Positions 45,619 to 55,700 of a stretch of 64,000 bases of DNA are shown in pieces. Below the pieces are notes generated by a model. The model was not told the origin of the DNA, ran no database searches, and saw nothing but the letters and a program-made list of their open reading frames with translations. The position numbers and the translations under genes were made by a program. The stretch spans positions 62,001 to 126,000 of the IMG/VR virus record IMGVR_UViG_3300042892_005961, one strand, 5' to 3'. The first letter of the stretch is position 1. The number at the start of each line of letters is the position of its first letter.

Positions 45619-48600
45619 TTAAGGTTGTTCAGCACAAACACTTTTGTCCGATACTATTCCTGTATATGAAATTCTTCCTGAATATGGTGATCCTCCACTA
45701 TTTAAAGAAAACGCATGAGTTTCATTTTCACCGGTATATACGTTTACTAAATTAGGATCTGTAAAGAATTGTTCTACATTAAATGGTTGATCTGCTGTTG
45801 CATATACTGTAGTGTAGAAATCCATACCGTAATTTTGACAAGCCAAACTCGATGATGTATAAGATGGTCCTAATTGATAAGCATATGATGTTGCAGGTAC
45901 AGGTGTTGCAGTTGGTTCTGCTGTTGGTGGGAATGGTGTTGGTGTTGGTGATTGTGTTGGTTCATTTGTAGGAACTTGTGTTGGTTCTGCTGTTGGTGGG
46001 AATGGTGTTGGTGTTGGTGATTGTGTTGGTACGTTAGTTGGTACTGCTGTTGGTTCTGGTGTATTAGTTGGTACCGCTGTTGGTATATTTGTAGGTACTG
46101 CTGTTGGTACGTTAGTTGGTTCAGGTGTTGCTGTTGCTGGTAATGGTGTTGGTGTTGCTGTAGGTGCCGCCGGACAAGCTGTACAAGCTGTTTGTGCTGT
46201 TCCTGTTTGTGCCGAACCATCTCTCATAAACTCTCTTTCATCTGTACCATTAGAAACCCAGAATGTGGTGTTATTAGTCATATCACCATACACGTTACCA
46301 TACAATGTGGATGATAAACCTTTTATTTGAGTTAAGTTACATAATGATGTACCCTGTACGGTAATATTAACATTACCATATTCACCACCAGTACATGCTG
46401 TTGGTCCGTTAACTAAACTAACATAACCACTAAACGTAGTTTCAAATGGAGTTGGTTGTGGTGTTGGTGTTGCAGTTGCTGGTACAGGTGTATTTGTTGG
46501 TATTGCTGTTGGTACCGCTGTTGGTACCGCTGTTGGTACCGCTGTTGGTTCTGGTGTTGGTGTTGGTGATTGTGTTGGTACGTTAGTTGGTACTGCTGTT
46601 GGTTCTGGTGTATTAGTTGGTACCGCTGTTGGTATATTTGTAGGTACTGCTGTTGGTACGTTAGTTGGTACTGCTGTTGGTTCTGGTGTATTAGTTGGTA
46701 CTGCTGTTGGTACTGCTGTTGGTACTGCTGTTGGTTCAGGTGTTGCTGTTGCTGGTAATGGTGTTGGTGTTGATGTTGATGGATTAGCGCAGTCGCCGTT
46801 TACAGTACAAGGTGTTCCATTATCTACCACAGTCAATAATCCAATGTCGTCAGATATTATATCAGTACCTGACTGTATACATACCACTCTATTTGCACCA
46901 TTTGCAACCGACCATGAAACTAAACTACCATCTGAACATCTATTATATTCAAATATTATATTTCTATCTCCAGACTCATTATAAACTGTAACACATTCAC
47001 ACGATACCGGTGTTGGTGTTGGTGTTTCTGTTGCTGGTAATGGTGTTGGTGTTGGTGTATCTGTTGCCGGTAACGGTGTTGGTGTTGGTGATTCTGTTGG
47101 TGCGTTTGTTGGTTCAGCTGTTGGTGTTGGTGTTGGTGTTGGGGCCGATATTGTAGAACAATCTATTACTGTAGAAATCATACCATCATTATCCACAGTT
47201 ACAATATAACTAATATTTGCACCTTGCGTTGTTACTAATTTGTAAATATATCCATTAGGTACTAAGTATTGATTTTTAGTACATTCATTTGAGAATAGAT
47301 AATTACCGGTTTCTAAAGTTGATCCACCGACTATGTAATATACAGTATCAGTATCTGATTGGCATACATCATATAAACTATTTGGATTATACGTTTGTTT
47401 CGCATTAAATGCAATTGGAGGTAGTATTGTTGCACAATCATTAACAGATGTCACCATACCAGTATTATCCACTGTTACCAAATATGTTATATCTGAACCA
47501 TCAGTTGTTATTAATTTATAGAGATAATTGTTTGGAACTACTTGAGTTAAAGTTGAATCGGTGTATAAATAAATTCCTGGATCATTAATACTACCTGAAT
47601 TTATTGCATATACATTATTCGTACCTCCTGATGTACAAGCACAGTATAAACTTTCAGTACCATCAATTTGTAAACCATTGAACTCCGTTAATGAAACTGG
47701 TGTAGAAGTTGGTGTCGGTGTAACCGTTGGTGTTGATGTTGCCGGTAATGGTGTAGGTGTATCTGTTGGATTAGGTGTAGGTGTTGGTGTTGGTCCACTT
47801 ACATTTAAACAATTTATTAAACTGTATATTTCTCCATTTGGACCTCCATCAATAACGTATTTATTTATCGCATCTTCAATAATGTAGTAATCTCCCCCTA
47901 TTAAACCAAATATTGAAGTAAGTCCAGAATCACTATATAAAATATGTCCTGTATTTAATGATGGATATTCTGTGTAAACAGTATTATTAACTGATCCATT
48001 TTGACACGCAAAATAAGGTTCAAAATATCCTGTGACATCTATTTGATAAGAATATGACACAATTGTTGGTGTAGGTGTTGGTGTACTTGTTGCTGGTATT
48101 GGTGTTGGTGTTGGTGTATCTGTTGGTGTTGGCGTATCTGTTGGTACTTGTGTTGGTGTTGGTGTATCTGTTGGATTAGGTGTTGGGGTACTTGTTGCTG
48201 GTATTGGTGTTTCTGTTGGTGTAGGAGTTGTAGTTGTTGCATTGATACAATCAACACAATTAGGGTAGAACGTAATTGGAAAACTTCCGTCATCAGGTGT
48301 TGCATCAATTTTATTAACAATAGTATAACACTCGCTTAAAGTTGCACCTGTAAATTCTAAAAAGAAAGTATCGCCCGGTGCTAAGGTTGAACTTATTAAA
48401 TTTGCAATAAGTGTATTTGAACTAGTACATCCTGAGATGGTATAAGTTGTTACCGAAGTTAAATCTTGAGTTGGTGATGGTGTCGGCGTATCTGTTGGAT
48501 TAGGTGTTGGTGTACTTGTTGCCGGTACTGGTGTTGGTGTTGGCGTTGCCGTTGCGACAATTACCGTTGGTGTTGGTGTTGCAGTTGCACATGGAATACT

Positions 48601-48786
48601 AAAAGTACAAGTTTGACTAAAATCAGTAAAGTATAATGAATAATCACCTAAGTAGTTATCACTTACATAATTGTAAGGAACAACATGTGAACCTAAGTTA
48701 ATAGTTCCCCCACTACATGGTGAAAATGTAATTGTAGCAGTTTGACCACTATAATTTGTTGTTAATATCTGAACTGTTGTTGCCAT
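45619..48786 (-). CDS. Mucin-like Pro/Thr-rich virion protein with interspersed Cys-containing domains
   Basis: Many PTPTP / ATPTP / TAVP linkers separate roughly 60-90 aa domains containing paired Cys; no signal peptide evident. Confidence 0.7.
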   Translation of the reverse strand: MATTVQILTTNYSGQTATITFSPCSGGTINLGSHVVPYNYVSDNYLGDYSLYFTDFSQTCTFSIPCATATPTPTVIVATATPTPTPVPATSTPTPNPTDTPTPSPTQDLTSVTTYTISGCTSSNTLIANLISSTLAPGDTFFLEFTGATLSECYTIVNKIDATPDDGSFPITFYPNCVDCINATTTTPTPTETPIPATSTPTPNPTDTPTPTQVPTDTPTPTDTPTPTPIPATSTPTPTPTIVSYSYQIDVTGYFEPYFACQNGSVNNTVYTEYPSLNTGHILYSDSGLTSIFGLIGGDYYIIEDAINKYVIDGGPNGEIYSLINCLNVSGPTPTPTPNPTDTPTPLPATSTPTVTPTPTSTPVSLTEFNGLQIDGTESLYCACTSGGTNNVYAINSGSINDPGIYLYTDSTLTQVVPNNYLYKLITTDGSDITYLVTVDNTGMVTSVNDCATILPPIAFNAKQTYNPNSLYDVCQSDTDTVYYIVGGSTLETGNYLFSNECTKNQYLVPNGYIYKLVTTQGANISYIVTVDNDGMISTVIDCSTISAPTPTPTPTAEPTNAPTESPTPTPLPATDTPTPTPLPATETPTPTPVSCECVTVYNESGDRNIIFEYNRCSDGSLVSWSVANGANRVVCIQSGTDIISDDIGLLTVVDNGTPCTVNGDCANPSTSTPTPLPATATPEPTAVPTAVPTAVPTNTPEPTAVPTNVPTAVPTNIPTAVPTNTPEPTAVPTNVPTQSPTPTPEPTAVPTAVPTAVPTAIPTNTPVPATATPTPQPTPFETTFSGYVSLVNGPTACTGGEYGNVNITVQGTSLCNLTQIKGLSSTLYGNVYGDMTNNTTFWVSNGTDEREFMRDGSAQTGTAQTACTACPAAPTATPTPLPATATPEPTNVPTAVPTNIPTAVPTNTPEPTAVPTNVPTQSPTPTPFPPTAEPTQVPTNEPTQSPTPTPFPPTAEPTATPVPATSYAYQLGPSYTSSSLACQNYGMDFYTTVYATADQPFNVEQFFTDPNLVNVYTGENETHAFSLNSGGSPYSGRISYTGIVSDKSVCAEQP
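46003..46120 (+). repeat. 118-bp direct repeat, copy 1 (copy 2 at 46552-46669)
   Basis: Read-through comparison shows identical sequence 549 bp apart within the PT-rich gene. Confidence 0.8.
46552..46669 (+). repeat. 118-bp direct repeat, copy 2
   Basis: Identical to 46003-46120. Confidence 0.8.
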
Positions 48787-48805
48787 TTTATATCTATCTT
48801 TATTT

Positions 48806-49198
48806 TTATATTATATTATAAGTTATATCACAAGTCATATCAAATGGTACTACATTATATGTAATATCACAAGATGGTACGGATGGTGTTGGTGTTGGTG
48901 TACTAGTTGATACTGATGTAGGTTGTGGTGTTGGCGTTGGTGTATCAGTTGCCGGTAAAGGTGTTTCTGTATTTGTTGGTGTAGGTGTCGGAGTATCTGT
49001 TGGATTAGGAGTTGGTGTACTTGTTGCCGGTAATGGTGTAGCGGTACTAGTAGGTTGTGGTGTTGGTGTATCGGTTGCCGGTAAAGGAGTAGGTGTATTT
49101 GTAACTACATTAGTTGGCGCAGGTGTTGGAGTAGGTGTAGGTGTTCCATTATTAGTATTTGGAACTATTCTAAGTTTTCCTGAAAATTGTATACCCAT
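48806..49198 (-). CDS. Short Pro/Thr-rich protein
   Basis: About 90 aa of PT repeats between a short N-terminal strand and a duplicated C-terminal CDITYN motif. Confidence 0.7.
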   Translation of the reverse strand: MGIQFSGKLRIVPNTNNGTPTPTPTPAPTNVVTNTPTPLPATDTPTPQPTSTATPLPATSTPTPNPTDTPTPTPTNTETPLPATDTPTPTPQPTSVSTSTPTPTPSVPSCDITYNVVPFDMTCDITYNII

Positions 49199-49206
49199 AG
49201 TACTCT

Positions 49207-49216
49207 ATAAATAGTT
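49207..49216 (-). promoter_or_regulatory. AACTATTTAT motif variant (candidate late promoter)
   Basis: One mismatch to AAGTATTTAT; lies between a terminator and the next ATG. Confidence 0.45.
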
Positions 49217-49233
49217 TATTTTTCTAATAAGAC

Positions 49234-49267
49234 AAAAAAAAAGGAAGATTTTTTAGATCTTCCTTTT
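49234..49267 (-). terminator. Intrinsic terminator
   Basis: AAAAGGAAGAT-7nt-ATCTTCCTTTT stem with a long T run on the minus strand, downstream of the 1116-aa fibre gene. Confidence 0.8.
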
Positions 49268-49287
49268 AATTTTTTTGTTACGTTTTT

Positions 49288-52200
49288 TTAGAACGTTCCA
49301 CCGTCTATTGTATTTGTGAATGTTAAACTACCATCTGAGGTTTTATAACCTAATATTGTTGTCACCACATCACTCGTATCTGTTGTTGGTACCTCACCAA
49401 ATATGTCGTTAGCATTTTTAAATGTAACATTTGATCTTGTACTACTTATCAAGTCATTACCGTTAGTTGATACTTTTAACGTACCCGCTACTACTGTGTT
49501 TCCTGATACCGATTCAACTGTGAATTTATCTGTATTGAATTGTAATGTTGTACCACTATATTTCAATAAACTATCACCGATTGTGTTGTCTGAAGATGCA
49601 ATTGGGAATGTTCCACTTGTTAAACTTGTTTCACTTCCTAATGCTCCTGCGGTTGTTCCAATTACTTTACTTGAGTTATTTGAACCGTCAACTGTTAACC
49701 AATCATTATTAGTTGAATCCCATAACAATGAACCTGATTGATCCGCTGAACCTGAATCATATCCACTGATACCTGCGTATCTTTGGAATGGTGAGTAAGC
49801 GTTTACTAAGATAATATTATCACCGATTGCAACTGTACTTGATTGGATGTTTACATTTGTAGAAGAACCTAATACTTGTAAGTTTCCTGATACAAATAAA
49901 TCTCCACCTAAACTTGTTGCTGAACCTGAACTTACAGTTAATGAACCTGTGATTGAAGTGTTAGAATTAACTTGTAGACCTGCTGCTGTTACTGATGCTG
50001 TTACCGCACCACTTGCAATTTTGTCTAATTGTAATCCTGTTACACCACTTGCCGGTATGTTATATAAACCATTACCGTCTCCTATGAATGAACCTGTGAA
50101 TACTGAAGAAGTAACTGGTTGATTAAACTTAACACTTAAGTTTGTCTCCCAAACTGAACCTGTAAGTGCAAATATACTATCTCCTGAAGATCCTGATGTT
50201 CCTGAAGAACCAGACGTACCACTTGTACCACTTGAACCTGCAGTTCCTGAAGATCCACTTGTACCCGAAGTACCTGATGATCCGTCACTACCTGAAGTTC
50301 CTGACGCACCATCTACACCACTTGTTCCTGAAGAACCACTAGATCCTGACGTTCCGCTTGTTCCGCTAGAACCTGAAGTTCCACTTGTTCCTGAACTTCC
50401 TGATGTACCACTTGTACCTGATGTTCCGTCAGAACCGCTAGAACCTGAAGTTCCACTTGTTCCTGAAGAACCACTAGTACCTGAAGTGCCTGATGATCCA
50501 TCACTACCTGAAGAACCTGATGTACCTGAAGTTCCTGAACTACCTGATGTACCAGATGTTCCTGAAGATCCATCACTACCTGACGATCCACTTGTTCCTG
50601 AAGAACCATTAGATCCTGAAGTACCTGAAGTACCTGAACTTCCACTTGTTCCTGAAGAACCATCACTACCTGAAGAACCTGATGTACCTGATGTACCTGC
50701 AGTTCCTGAAGTTCCTGATGAACCGTCAGAACCGCTAGATCCTGAAGTACCTGAAGTACCTGAAGAACCTGATGTTCCAGCACTTCCGCTTGTACCTGAT
50801 GAACCGTCACTACCTGATGATCCACTTGTTCCTGAAGAACCATTACCACCGACAGTTGCGATTACTGTACCCGTTTGAGCCTCGTTAAAATATACTTTTA
50901 AGTTATTACTATCAATAACTTCAATTTCTGTTGGGATTACAACTTTATCACTATTATCAAATACATTGATTGCCGGATATTTGTATCCTAAATTGTGGTT
51001 GAATGACCATGTTGTTGATGCTGAACCAACTACTAATGTTTTAGTTTGACCTGAAACAATTACTGCGTTTTCTGCATAAACAGCATAAGATGCTGAAGTT
51101 GCAAATGATGATGTTCCAGCAAATTGAGATGTTGAACTTGAAACATATGAATTAAATGCTGATTCATCTAACTTACCTGTTCCAACTGTAACACCGTTCA
51201 ACATTAATGAACCTGTAATATTAACAGAACCTGTAAACTCGTGTGTGTCGTCTGATGTATCACCAAATTTGGTTGAACCTGATGTATACATTATTGAAGA
51301 ACTTACGTAATCAATATTTAATTGTCTTGCAGTTAAAATACCGTTAATAAATGTATCACCATTTACTCTGAATGTTCCGTCAGATGCGATAGATGCACTT
51401 ACTGAACCGCTAACTATTTTATTTAATTCTAAACCTGTTACACCCGAAGCTGGAATGTTGTATAAACCTGCACCATCACCTTTAAATGAACCTGTGAACG
51501 CAGATGCCGTTACCGGTTGATTAAATTTAACACTTAAGTTTGTTTCCCAAACTGATCCTGTAAGAGCAAATATACTATCTCCTGAAGAGCCTGATGTACC
51601 TGATGTTCCTGAAGTACCCGATGTACCACTTGTACCTGATGTTCCGTCAGATCCGCTAGATCCCGAAGTTCCACTTGTTCCTGATGAACCACTAGATCCT
51701 GAAGTTCCTGAAGTACCTGAACTTCCACTTGTTCCTGAAGATCCGTCTGATCCACTTGAACCTGATGTACCTGATGTACCTGCAGTTCCTGAAGTTCCTG
51801 AAGAACCGTCAGAACCGCTAGATCCTGAAGTACCTGAAGAACCTGAAGTTCCGCTAGTTCCTGAAGTACCCGATGATCCATCAGAACCGCTAGATCCTGA
51901 AGTTCCACTTGTTCCTGAAGAACCACTAGTACCTGAAGTACCTGAAGAACCGTCAGAACCGCTAGATCCTGAAGTGCCCGCAGTTCCTGAAGAACCACTA
52001 GTACCTGATGTACCTGATGATCCATCACTACCTGAAGAACCTGAAGTTCCACTTGTTCCTGAAGAACCATCAGAACCACTAGATCCTGAAGTACCCGATG
52101 TACCTGAAGTACCTGCAGTTCCAGAAGAACCACTAGAACCTGAAGTACCTGAAGTACCTGAACTATTTGAAGTGTATTCTAATCCATTTAAAAAGAAACT

Positions 52201-52638
52201 ACCAGTTATGTTCATTGAACCACTGATATTAACTTGACTACCAAACGTTGCAGTTGTACCCGTTAAACTAGTAATTGTAACACCACTGATAGTATTACCT
52301 TCAATGTTACCTACTAAGTTTAATGAGCTATTACCAACGTTATCGCTGTTTAATATGTATAATTTCTTTTCAGAACTGGCATAGAATGGTGTACCATCTA
52401 AACCAGAACCATATGTACCAGCAGCAATCGTTGGTGCGTTAGCTCCTTGATATATCTTGGAGACTGCCTTAAATGCTCCTGCAACCCCTTCGTCACCAAG
52501 AGCTGGTGAACCGATAAAGATAAATGGACCCTGTAAGTCACTTATCGAACCGGTTGCGATGATTAATTCACCATTTCTAGCTGTTGTATTTTTGAGGGTT
52601 GCTAACGAACCCCTCCTGTGTTTAATGATTTGTGCCAT
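49288..52638 (-). CDS. Long tail fibre, 1116 aa, with Gly-X-Y Ser/Thr tracts
   Basis: QIIKHRRGS...GEL N-terminus, tracts of about 65 and 74 Gly-X-Y triplets, TWSFNHNLG domain, C-terminal IDGGTF. Confidence 0.8.
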   Translation of the reverse strand: MAQIIKHRRGSLATLKNTTARNGELIIATGSISDLQGPFIFIGSPALGDEGVAGAFKAVSKIYQGANAPTIAAGTYGSGLDGTPFYASSEKKLYILNSDNVGNSSLNLVGNIEGNTISGVTITSLTGTTATFGSQVNISGSMNITGSFFLNGLEYTSNSSGTSGTSGSSGSSGTAGTSGTSGTSGSSGSDGSSGTSGTSGSSGSDGSSGTSGTSGSSGTAGTSGSSGSDGSSGTSGTSGSSGTSGTSGSSGSDGSSGTSGTSGTSGSSGTSGSSGSDGSSGTSGTAGTSGTSGSSGSDGSSGTSGSSGTSGTSGSSGSSGTSGTSGSSGSDGTSGTSGTSGTSGTSGTSGSSGDSIFALTGSVWETNLSVKFNQPVTASAFTGSFKGDGAGLYNIPASGVTGLELNKIVSGSVSASIASDGTFRVNGDTFINGILTARQLNIDYVSSSIMYTSGSTKFGDTSDDTHEFTGSVNITGSLMLNGVTVGTGKLDESAFNSYVSSSTSQFAGTSSFATSASYAVYAENAVIVSGQTKTLVVGSASTTWSFNHNLGYKYPAINVFDNSDKVVIPTEIEVIDSNNLKVYFNEAQTGTVIATVGGNGSSGTSGSSGSDGSSGTSGSAGTSGSSGTSGTSGSSGSDGSSGTSGTAGTSGTSGSSGSDGSSGTSGSSGTSGTSGSNGSSGTSGSSGSDGSSGTSGTSGSSGTSGTSGSSGSDGSSGTSGTSGSSGTSGTSGSSGSDGTSGTSGTSGSSGTSGTSGSSGTSGTSGSSGSSGTSGVDGASGTSGSDGSSGTSGTSGSSGTAGSSGTSGTSGSSGTSGSSGDSIFALTGSVWETNLSVKFNQPVTSSVFTGSFIGDGNGLYNIPASGVTGLQLDKIASGAVTASVTAAGLQVNSNTSITGSLTVSSGSATSLGGDLFVSGNLQVLGSSTNVNIQSSTVAIGDNIILVNAYSPFQRYAGISGYDSGSADQSGSLLWDSTNNDWLTVDGSNNSSKVIGTTAGALGSETSLTSGTFPIASSDNTIGDSLLKYSGTTLQFNTDKFTVESVSGNTVVAGTLKVSTNGNDLISSTRSNVTFKNANDIFGEVPTTDTSDVVTTILGYKTSDGSLTFTNTIDGGTF

Positions 52639-52659
52639 CTACGTGTGTTTGTTTAGTTT

Positions 52660-52669
52660 ATAAATACTT
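52660..52669 (-). promoter_or_regulatory. AAGTATTTAT motif (candidate late promoter)
   Basis: Exact 10-mer 21 nt upstream of the ATG at 52638. Confidence 0.55.
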
Positions 52670-52728
52670 TATTTTTAATCATCTTCGAGTTTTTTCTATT
52701 AAATTTCTATATTTTTTTTTTTCACATA

Positions 52729-55700
52729 TTAAAAACCACCTAAATCCAATACAATATTATTTTGTTCTTGTGATATTACCCTTTGTCCTCCCATTGATAT
52801 TGAAGCAGAGATAATTTGTGATTGAATTTGAGCTTGCATCATTGCCATAGCACCTGATATAATAAGTGATTCTCTTAATGGATCAGTTGATGTTAATGTT
52901 GTTGTTCCACGTACTGTTAAATCTCCATCAATAATAACTGAACCTGTTGTACGTAATGAACCTGTAAAATCATGTTTATCATCTAATGTATCACCGAATT
53001 TTGTTGATCCTGATTGATAAAGAATTGAAGATGTTACATAATCAATGTTTAATTGTTTTGCTGTGATTGTACCATCAATTACTACATCTGTATTAACTTT
53101 TAATTTTCCATCAGCTAATGATGCACTTACACTACCACTAACAATTCTATCTAAGTTAAGTCCTGTAATTCCTGATGATGGAATATTATATAATCCAGCT
53201 CCATCACCAACAAACGAACCACTAATTGTTCCGTTGTTTACGGTTAAATCACCTGTGTTAATTGTTAAATCACTATTTGTTAAATCAGCTTGACCGTTGA
53301 AGATGTATAAATTAGAACCGCTTGTTAAATAAAGTGAAGAACTGTCAGTCATTATAGTATTACTATCTGTAATACCAAATTCTGATGTAATTCTTAATGA
53401 ACCTGTAATTTCTACATCGTTTGTTGTTGCCCATACGCTACCTGTTAGAGCGAATAAAGAATCTCCACTAGATCCTGACGAACCATCTGATCCACTTGAA
53501 CCTGAAGTTCCTGAAGTTCCATCTGAACCTGATGAACCACTTGTTCCTGATGTACCATCACTACCCGAAGAACCTGAAGTTCCTGAAGAACCACTTGTTC
53601 CTGAAGTTCCGTCCGATCCACTAGAACCTGAAGTTCCACTTGTACCATCCGATCCACTAGAACCTGAAGTACCACTTGTCCCTGATGTTCCCGCAACTTG
53701 TCCAACTGATGTTAAAACAAAAGAATATGCGGTATTACCTTCAGTATACCAAATAACAGTATGAGATGTTGAATCTTGGTTATCAACCAATACTGTAACC
53801 AACATTCTATTTGTTGGGTCGATGGTTGTTGTTGGTAAAACTAAATCGGTTTGTACTTCTGTAGATGTAACTGAATCGGTCCAACCTATGTAAGATGGTG
53901 TACTTACTAATACTGGACCTATTGGTGTACCTGTAGAATCCGTTAATTGTATACTAACTTGAGCAAATAAATGATCGTTTGATGCTTGTTTTAGGAAGTG
54001 TAAATGAAATCTTTGCGTTCCACCTGGTATAACATTAAATCCTAATTCAGGTGTAATAAATGTTGATACTACACTATCGTTAGTATTACCTGGTAAATTA
54101 ATTGTAACTCCTGTTTGTGAAGCTGATGAAGGATATATATCTAAATCTCTGTATGTGTTAATTCCCGATAATTCTGATTGATTAAAATAATACACTTGAC
54201 CAGCAGATATACCTGTTGCACCTGATGTACCACTAGATCCTGAAGTACCATCTGAACCTGAAGAACCAGATGTTCCTGAAGAACCTGATGTACCTGAAGA
54301 ACCATCTGATCCTGAAGAACCACTTGTCCCTGAAGTTCCATCAGATCCGCTAGAACCTGATGTACCACTAGACCCATCACTACCACTAGATCCTGAAGTA
54401 CCTGACGAACCGTCACTACCACTAGATCCTGAAGTACCACTAGATCCATCACTACCTGAAGAACCGCTAGTTCCTGATGTACCATCTGATCCACTTGAAC
54501 CTGAAGTACCACTTGTTCCTGCTCCACCAACAGATGCAACTACATGTCCTGCCGTTGCGACGTTGAAATATACTTCAATTAAATCTTGATTTACACTTCT
54601 TATTGTTTCAGGGATTACTATGTAACCGTTATCATCAAAAACATTAATAACAGGGTATCTTTCATGTAAATTGTGTGTGAAAGACCACGTTGTTGAAGGT
54701 GAAGAAACGTATAATTGTTTATTAGCCCCTGATACTATTACTGCATTTTCCGCAAATATCGCGTATGATGATGTTCCTGCAAATTGTGATGTATTTGAAC
54801 CTGTATATGTGTTAAACGCCGATTCATCTAATTTACCCGTACCAATTGCTTGACCGTTTAATGTTATTGAACCTGTTATATTAACTGAACCCGTAAAATT
54901 ATGTGTATCATCAAATGTGTCTCCGAATTTTGTTGATCCTGAAGAATAGAGAACAGATGAAGAAACCAATGTAATATTATATTCTTCCGCCGTTAGTACA
55001 CCTTTAATTTTTACTGAACCCGTAATTTCAACATTGTTTGTTGTTGTCCATGTTCCTGGTGTTATCTCAGCAAATAAACTATCTCCTGATGTACCATCGC
55101 TACCCGAAGAACCTGATGTACCGCTAGTTCCTGAAGTACCATCGGAACCTGATGTACCTGATGAACCGTCACTACCTGATGAACCTGATGTACCTGAACT
55201 ACCATCCGAACCACTTGTTCCACTAGATCCATCTGAACCACTTGTTCCTGATGTACCATCTGAACCTGAAGAACCACTTGTTCCCGATGTTCCTGAAGTC
55301 ATTGCTGAGAATGAAACACCATCTATAATTAAACTTCCACTTGTAATATTAAGAGATCCCGTTATTGAAGTATTAGTGTTAATATGTAAACCATCTAAAT
55401 CAATTGAAGCTGTATTACTACCACTACCGATTAAATTTAATTGTAATCCTGTAACACCTGATGCTGGTATGTTAATTAAATTACTACCATCACCATAGAT
55501 GTAAGCTCCACTTATTATTCCACCGTCAACATATATGTTTGAACCACTCGTCATGTATAATGACGAACTATCTGTCATTATAATATTAGCATCAACAACT
55601 CCTAATTGGGAAGTTATTGATAATGATCCCGTAATTTCTACGTCATTTGTTGTTGCCCAAACGCTACCCGTTAGAGCAAATAAACTATCACCTGAAGTAC

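Noticed and set aside
45870-48339. Gln/His-rich and Cys/Trp-rich ORFs over the PT-rich gene
   Set aside because: Frame-shifted or antisense readings of Pro/Thr repeats.
38316-52667. T4-type late promoter TATAAATA on the + strand at several intergenic sites
   Set aside because: It points away from all adjacent genes; better explained as the reverse complement of the coding-strand TATTTAT motif.
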